Below, in pieces: positions 59,357 through 64,000 of a stretch of DNA of 64,000 nucleotides. The stretch covers positions 4,468,233-4,532,232 of the forward strand of contig OZ037772.1 in NCBI GenBank assembly GCA_964035545.1, in the 5' to 3' direction. Position numbers and translations under genes: made by a program. Below the pieces are notes generated by a model that had not been told where the DNA came from, did not search any database, and worked only from the letters and a program-made list of their open reading frames with translations. Each line of letters opens with the position of its first letter. The first letter of the stretch is position 1. The stretch is from Bugula neritina. Taxonomy: Eukaryota; Animalia; Bryozoa.

Positions 59357-61809
59357 ATATTACTACTAATATTACTACTACCACTGCTACTACCACTGCT
59401 ACTACTACGAGTATTGAAGTATTGATACGTGTGCTAGTAGCACAGCATTTCTCTTACAAACCCTATGGCTAAGAGTCAAGCTAGAGATCTCGCCTTGACA
59501 ATCTAAAAGCTACTATTTATCTGGTTTACGTATGACTTATGTCTCAAAATAAATTCCAAATCAAGTTACCAGCAAATTATCTGATAGCCGCTAAGTTACC
59601 AAAGTATTTAATTATGGAAGTATTCTAATAGTCAAGTCATCAAGTAGTCTGACAGTCAAGTCATCAAGTAGTCTGATAGTAAAGTACTTGAATAGTCTCC
59701 ACTTACCGGCACAAGGAAGGCAAGAGTTTTACCAGATCCTGTTTTTGCTGCCCCCAGAATGTCGTGACCTTGAAGAGCTAGCCCGATACTCTGTCTCTGA
59801 ATATCGGTGGGTACTGTGAAGCCACCCTCATCCAGACCTGTGAATGACTCGACAATGCAGTTAAATTGAATAGACAACTCTACTAGCTGATGCCTCATCA
59901 GAACAGGAAACGGTGATGACTCACAATAGCACAACGACAGACGACTGATGGCAACGAGCATCTTAATAAAACAACTTGGGAGGATAGAGTGTTATTTCTG
60001 CTCCGATGAATTACTGACACTGAAAATACCAACAGTTGCCCCTAACTATAGAATAAGGAATCGTCCCACAGTAGAATAAAATTACCTGTAATCAGTAAGT
60101 TGACCAGTTATAGAAAATACTTAGTAGTAACAACTAACCTTTCTGAGTATACTGGCTGAGTGGAAAGTCTTTGAATGTGTTGATATCCTCAACTTTTATC
60201 TAATAAATTCAACAATAAAAGTAAAATTTATATAATTAAATAAATTAGTGTGTAATTTCTTCTCTAACACATTCATTATGTGTGAGACAATAAATGAAAC
60301 TGGAGTGAATCGGCAATATTGAAGATTGAATTAATAGTAATAACTACTACTTAGTAATACTCATAATGAGTTTGATTTAGAATAGGAGTCCAAATTAATT
60401 CTGGATGTAGTATTGAATACTGAATTAATAAAACATTATTCATCGGCTCGTCGAAATATTTATTATTTGTTGAAAATTGACTAAGTATAATGTATAGATT
60501 AAAACAGATTATAGCATAAATTATAATGAAATTATCATTAAATTGGCCTACATAGTTTTATTAGTCATCTTCACACTGAATGTGATTTACAAAAATGCAC
60601 ATTGGTAGCCTAATGGTTATGGTTGTTATGAAGAATGATGGTCACATTCACAGTTTGAATTATTCAAATTCATATCTCATTGTCATTATGAAACTGCGTA
60701 TTAAAATACATTATAAAGTCATAAGAATACAATATTGAGTCTGATGACATTCAACCATTTTGCAATCATACCGATTATAGACAAAAACTTTTAAATGACC
60801 AGTGTGATACTATGACTCACTATGACTATGAGCAGCTATAAATCACTGTGAGTGTGAGTCTAACCAGAGTACTACTAATATCTTCACAGTAAATCATGCT
60901 GATTATTTTGAAGCCCATAAACTACTATAAGAGGTAAAACAAATATCATTATTTATACCCTAATTCATCCGAATCTAGGACACTAAACGAAGAGTGAAAC
61001 TAAGATTAAGAGTAAGAGTGTGGCTATTAAGTATTATATTTATGTTGATACTATAAGTTCAAGCTATAGTAACACAAATCATTTAGTTTTTTGCCATTGC
61101 ATTGTGACTCCTCACTATTACATTTACTAGTCTTAGTAATAATATACTAATGATTATAATGATGATGATGCTCATATTTCTTTTCAGAGTACAAATAGTA
61201 ATACCATATCATTATTATTATCAATTAAATAATAATCCTAATAATAATACTTATAACAACCATTATTATTACTATCCGTAATACTGTATTAGTATTATAT
61301 TTACTATTATACTTAATCTTATTATTATGCTAATTTCATTTAATAATAATAATCGTTACTTCAACGCATTATGATTAGATTAGTATTACTATTAGTATTA
61401 GTATTACTATTAGGACTGATTATCACTACAAATATAAGTATACATTATTATTATTATATTTATTAATTTTAATGATATTAATTCAATTTTGTAATACTAT
61501 TAATACTTATAGTCATAGAGTTATACTAATACAAGTTCATTACAAGTTGAAGTAGTAGTACAACGAGAACCGATGGCGACACGGACACCGATAGATCAGC
61601 TTGTTATAAAAATAACTTACAGTAGGATACTTCGAAGTCAGATCGTTGATTATTTTGTCAACTCTAAATCCTTGGTTATCTGACGAGCGTGATTTGTTTG
61701 CTTTAAGTTTAGATATTCTTTTATGATGAACTTTTTGAGCGTTGTTACTGTTAGTGTTATTAGAGTTTTTAACTTTATTCTTGTAATTGTCGCTGTTGCC
61801 AGTTTCCAT
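48344..61809 (-). CDS. DDX10: ATP-dependent RNA helicase DDX10/Dbp4, ~801 aa, 16 coding exons
   Basis: Exons (5'->3'): 61809-61621, 60199-60139, 59837-59707, 58317-58159, 57487-57367, 55703-55589, 54808-54607, 54278-54116, 53453-53267, 52983-52896, 51263-51086, 50733-50486, 50228-50106, 49769-49671, 49081-48989, 48592-48344. All GT-AG, 2406 nt in frame. Motifs: Q motif [104 protein letters not shown]. Confidence 0.95.
49108..49630. repeat. ~25-bp minisatellite with (TA)n, filling DDX10 intron 14
   Basis: Unit TACTAGAGTA(A/G)CTATTACTATATATA. Confidence 0.93.
50915..51070. repeat. 15-bp minisatellite next to the DDX10 exon 11 donor
   Basis: Unit CACAGTACATAGTA(T/C). Confidence 0.93.
51563..51917. 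repeat. 30-bp minisatellite carrying CAGGTAAGT on the + strand
   Basis: Unit ATTATTAGATTGA(A/G)CAGGTAAGTGTGAGGT, 12 copies. Confidence 0.95.
52088..52828. mobile_element. PIF/Harbinger-like MITE (~740 bp) inserted in a 22-bp tandem repeat
   Basis: TIRs GGGGTTGACAGACTACAGTCAAAACTCGACTGTGAAC and GTTCACAGTCGAGTTTCGATTGTAGTCTGTCAGCCCC. TAA is duplicated relative to the empty neighbouring units GGTTAACATG. Confidence 0.85.
53645..54095. repeat. degenerate AGTAAGTA(T/C)-based repeat
   Basis: Visible directly in DDX10 intron 8. Confidence 0.75.
54272..54545. repeat. 34-bp minisatellite duplicating the DDX10 exon 8 acceptor
   Basis: Plus-strand unit CTCACCTGCATGGGCAGATAACTCTAATATACTA; the minus strand reads ...CCCATGCAG|GTGAGT. 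Confidence 0.92.
54975..55265. repeat. 20-bp minisatellite
   Basis: Unit GTCACAGTAACCCA(A/C)ACTGA. Confidence 0.95.
55713..57345. repeat. 31-bp minisatellite filling DDX10 intron 5
   Basis: Unit AATATACTATATAGAGTAAATACTACATAAC, about 52 copies. Confidence 0.98.
57510..58125. repeat. 15-bp minisatellite filling DDX10 intron 4
   Basis: Unit TAATACAGTATATAG, about 41 copies. Confidence 0.98.
58450..59217. mobile_element. non-autonomous DNA transposon, Kolobok-like (TTAA TSD)
   Basis: Perfect 16-bp TIRs AGGATTGCTCTATCTT and AAGATAGAGCAATCCT, flanked by TTAA on both sides. AG..CT termini fit Kolobok better than piggyBac (CC..GG). Confidence 0.85.
59320..59410. repeat. (ACT)n microsatellite
   Basis: Visible directly. 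Confidence 0.9.
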
Positions 61810-63221
61810 ATTAGTATTGAGTAAAAAGACGTGGCAATGAAGAATGATAAACTAACAAAATTTCCTCAGCCTGAAAAGTCTCATGAAAGAACATTAAATT
61901 TAATTAGTATTAGCAGTTGCCGCTAGTGTTGTGTTCGTTAGCAAGAGCGTGATGAGCGTTGAATTTCCCCCATGTTTAGGATATCGTTAATATGAAGAGA
62001 AAATGTTGCAGCTGTTTCGGCTGAAAACAAACCTAAACAGTACGCAGAAATTATCTGTACTGAACGAAAAAATTAGCGGCGGGGAAAAGCACTGCGTGCA
62101 CATAATAATATGATTATACAGTTTCTAAACTGATACATTGCTATAGTGATGAGAAATCGCTTAAAACAGCTCTGAGTGGGTAGTCACTGAGTGCATTGAT
62201 TTGAGGGTAGTCAGTTTAGAATCCGGAAAAACATGCCTACACATACTCTGCACTTGGTCATTACTGAATTGATGCTGCTTCTAACGATTTCCATAACAAC
62301 AGTGAGAGCAACTCATGATTGTACGATTAATCTGTAATTTTATATATTTAAATTGTTTGTAGATAGTGCTAGTATAGTACTAGCGATGCATTGATTTGTA
62401 ATTATGTTTTATTGTTATACTAATATTTATAGTATATACGTATAAATATATAATAATTAACATAAACATTAGCACTATGATTATTGATGTTTATTTTTAG
62501 TATATTCAATTTCATATTCAAATTGATATTGGCTTTAACTTTATTTGTTTAAGTACTTTAGGCCTTACTTTTTTATTGGTAAAGTTTTTATTTTTTTTAA
62601 ACAAGTTTACTTTTCTTAAAGGTGAAAACTGCAAGCTCATTTAGGAGCAGAACACTTAAATTGCCTATGTTTTTTTTATTTTCAAAATAAGTTTTGGTTT
62701 GAGGCATGGGTTAAGAGTCTCACAAAAACATAACTTCTTTTGTTATCTTTCTAGTCTAAAACACATACTTTCTTTTATTTTTCAAAAGCTCTACTAGTTC
62801 AACCACCAAACCAAAATTTATTAGGAAAATCAATGGACTTGGGCTACCAAAACTGCATGGTTCACTGCTGCAAATTAATATTCGTCTCAACATCTGTTCC
62901 ACTTTTCAGAATAGTGTGGGCAATACTACAGAACCTTTCTCAGGCCTTACCCTAGCTGGCTCGGACCTGGCTGAAGTACCTGAAAAATTAGTAAGTTCTA
63001 ACGTACATATATAGTAAGTGGCAAATTGTTGTTAGCGCACAAAGCTAAAATGAGAAAACATTCACTCTAGTAGTATACAATGCTATAATGTAATTTTGTA
63101 CAATGTTATACTGTAGTGCTATACAATGTTTGCAATACTGTGTTGGTATACAATATTTTTTTAGATTACAAGAACAATCTTCCTTATTGTGTACATCAGA
63201 AGAGTGCTGAGACTGATTAGA

Positions 63222-63894
63222 ATGCAAGGAATTCATGCTCCATCACCTTCTGCTACTGGTGAGTCAGTCATTATAGAATGTTCTAGATCAGACCTAAGCC
63301 TATACTCAACTACAGTAACTTAAAATATGCCACAAACTACAGCACAGAGTGTACTAGGTGCTACCACATGAAGTGGATTATCCCACAGATTGCTAATTTG
63401 CAAAACTTCTCTTGAGGGAAGTATTGTATTAGCATGGAAAACTGGGCAAAATTTGTGGAATTCATGAAGTAAAAATGTTAAGCGAATAATGCAAAAAATT
63501 TCTGCACATACCAGTCATCCAATAGGTCGATCTCTATCAAGGTCAAATAGTTGATAACATGGCAGGAAAACTAGTTGAATATTACATAAAGTAAATATCT
63601 AGTGAACTGTTACTCAATGATTGTTGGGAGCGACTTCAACTCTATCTGCAACTCTTCAACAATACGGCTGCTTTCTGTACAATACTGTCTCGTGCTCTCT
63701 GTCAAACAATAGATTAGCACTGCTACAAGTCATAGCAAGGCTAGTAGTAAGAATATTATTTTAGCAGCTGGTCAAGAAGCAAAGACATTAACAGATAATC
63801 TAGAGAAAAGTTGCTCAACGGAGAACACAGAAGATGATTCTAGAGACATGCTTCCTGATTACTGTGACTTTGGTACAGCAGAGTATAGGGCAAG
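63222..63894 (+). CDS. probable 5' coding exons of an unidentified gene divergent from DDX10 (continues beyond the window)
   Basis: 63222-63258 (ATG...ACTG|GTGAGT) splices in phase to 63765-63894 (TTTTAG|...AAG|GTGGGC). This gives MQGIHAPSPSATAAGQEAKTLTDNLEKSCSTENTEDDSRDMLPDYCDFGTAEYRA. Further exon-like segments lie at 62910-62989 and 63165-63221. No family was recognised. Confidence 0.45.
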
Positions 63895-64000
63895 GTGGGC
63901 ACAACTTCTCAATATCAGATATAAATAGGTTAACTGAAGGTTCTTCACTGATTAATGTTAAACTGTGAAATAACTTAACTAATATAAATCTTGTGTGTAA

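Noticed and set aside
48344-61809. Intronic snoRNAs in DDX10 (and in ValRS)
   Set aside because: No convincing sense-strand C/D box pair with a terminal stem was seen; H/ACA RNAs cannot be excluded by eye.

Overview
AT-rich, intron-dense eukaryotic genomic DNA, most likely an invertebrate animal; the species cannot be determined from the sequence. Four complete protein-coding genes were reconstructed by hand, with GT-AG introns and continuous reading phase. (1) TMEM230 on the minus strand, one coding exon. (2) Cytosolic valyl-tRNA synthetase on the plus strand, 24 exons, about 1052 aa. (3) An unrecognised secreted protein on the plus strand, 21 exons, about 990 aa: signal peptide + 4 LamG/pentraxin-like (ConA-fold) domains + a C-terminal PAN/Apple-like domain. 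(4) DDX10/Dbp4 RNA helicase on the minus strand, 16 exons, about 801 aa, with DECD in place of DEAD. A fifth gene probably starts at the right edge. Most long ORFs in the supplied track are translations of minisatellites. Introns carry private minisatellites, two tRNA-derived SINE families, Harbinger-, hAT- and Kolobok-like MITEs, and a 3.55-kb foldback element with about 630-bp near-identical terminal inverted repeats (TIRs). A LINE remnant lies between TMEM230 and ValRS. The most notable observations are: (a) an apparently intact minimal type I hammerhead ribozyme in a 133-bp island between (TA)n tracts in a ValRS intron; (b) a recurrent pattern in which tandem duplications copy splice donors, splice acceptors and even the poly(A) signal; (c) the 4xLamG+PAN secreted protein; (d) the foldback element with a young outer and an old inner palindrome.
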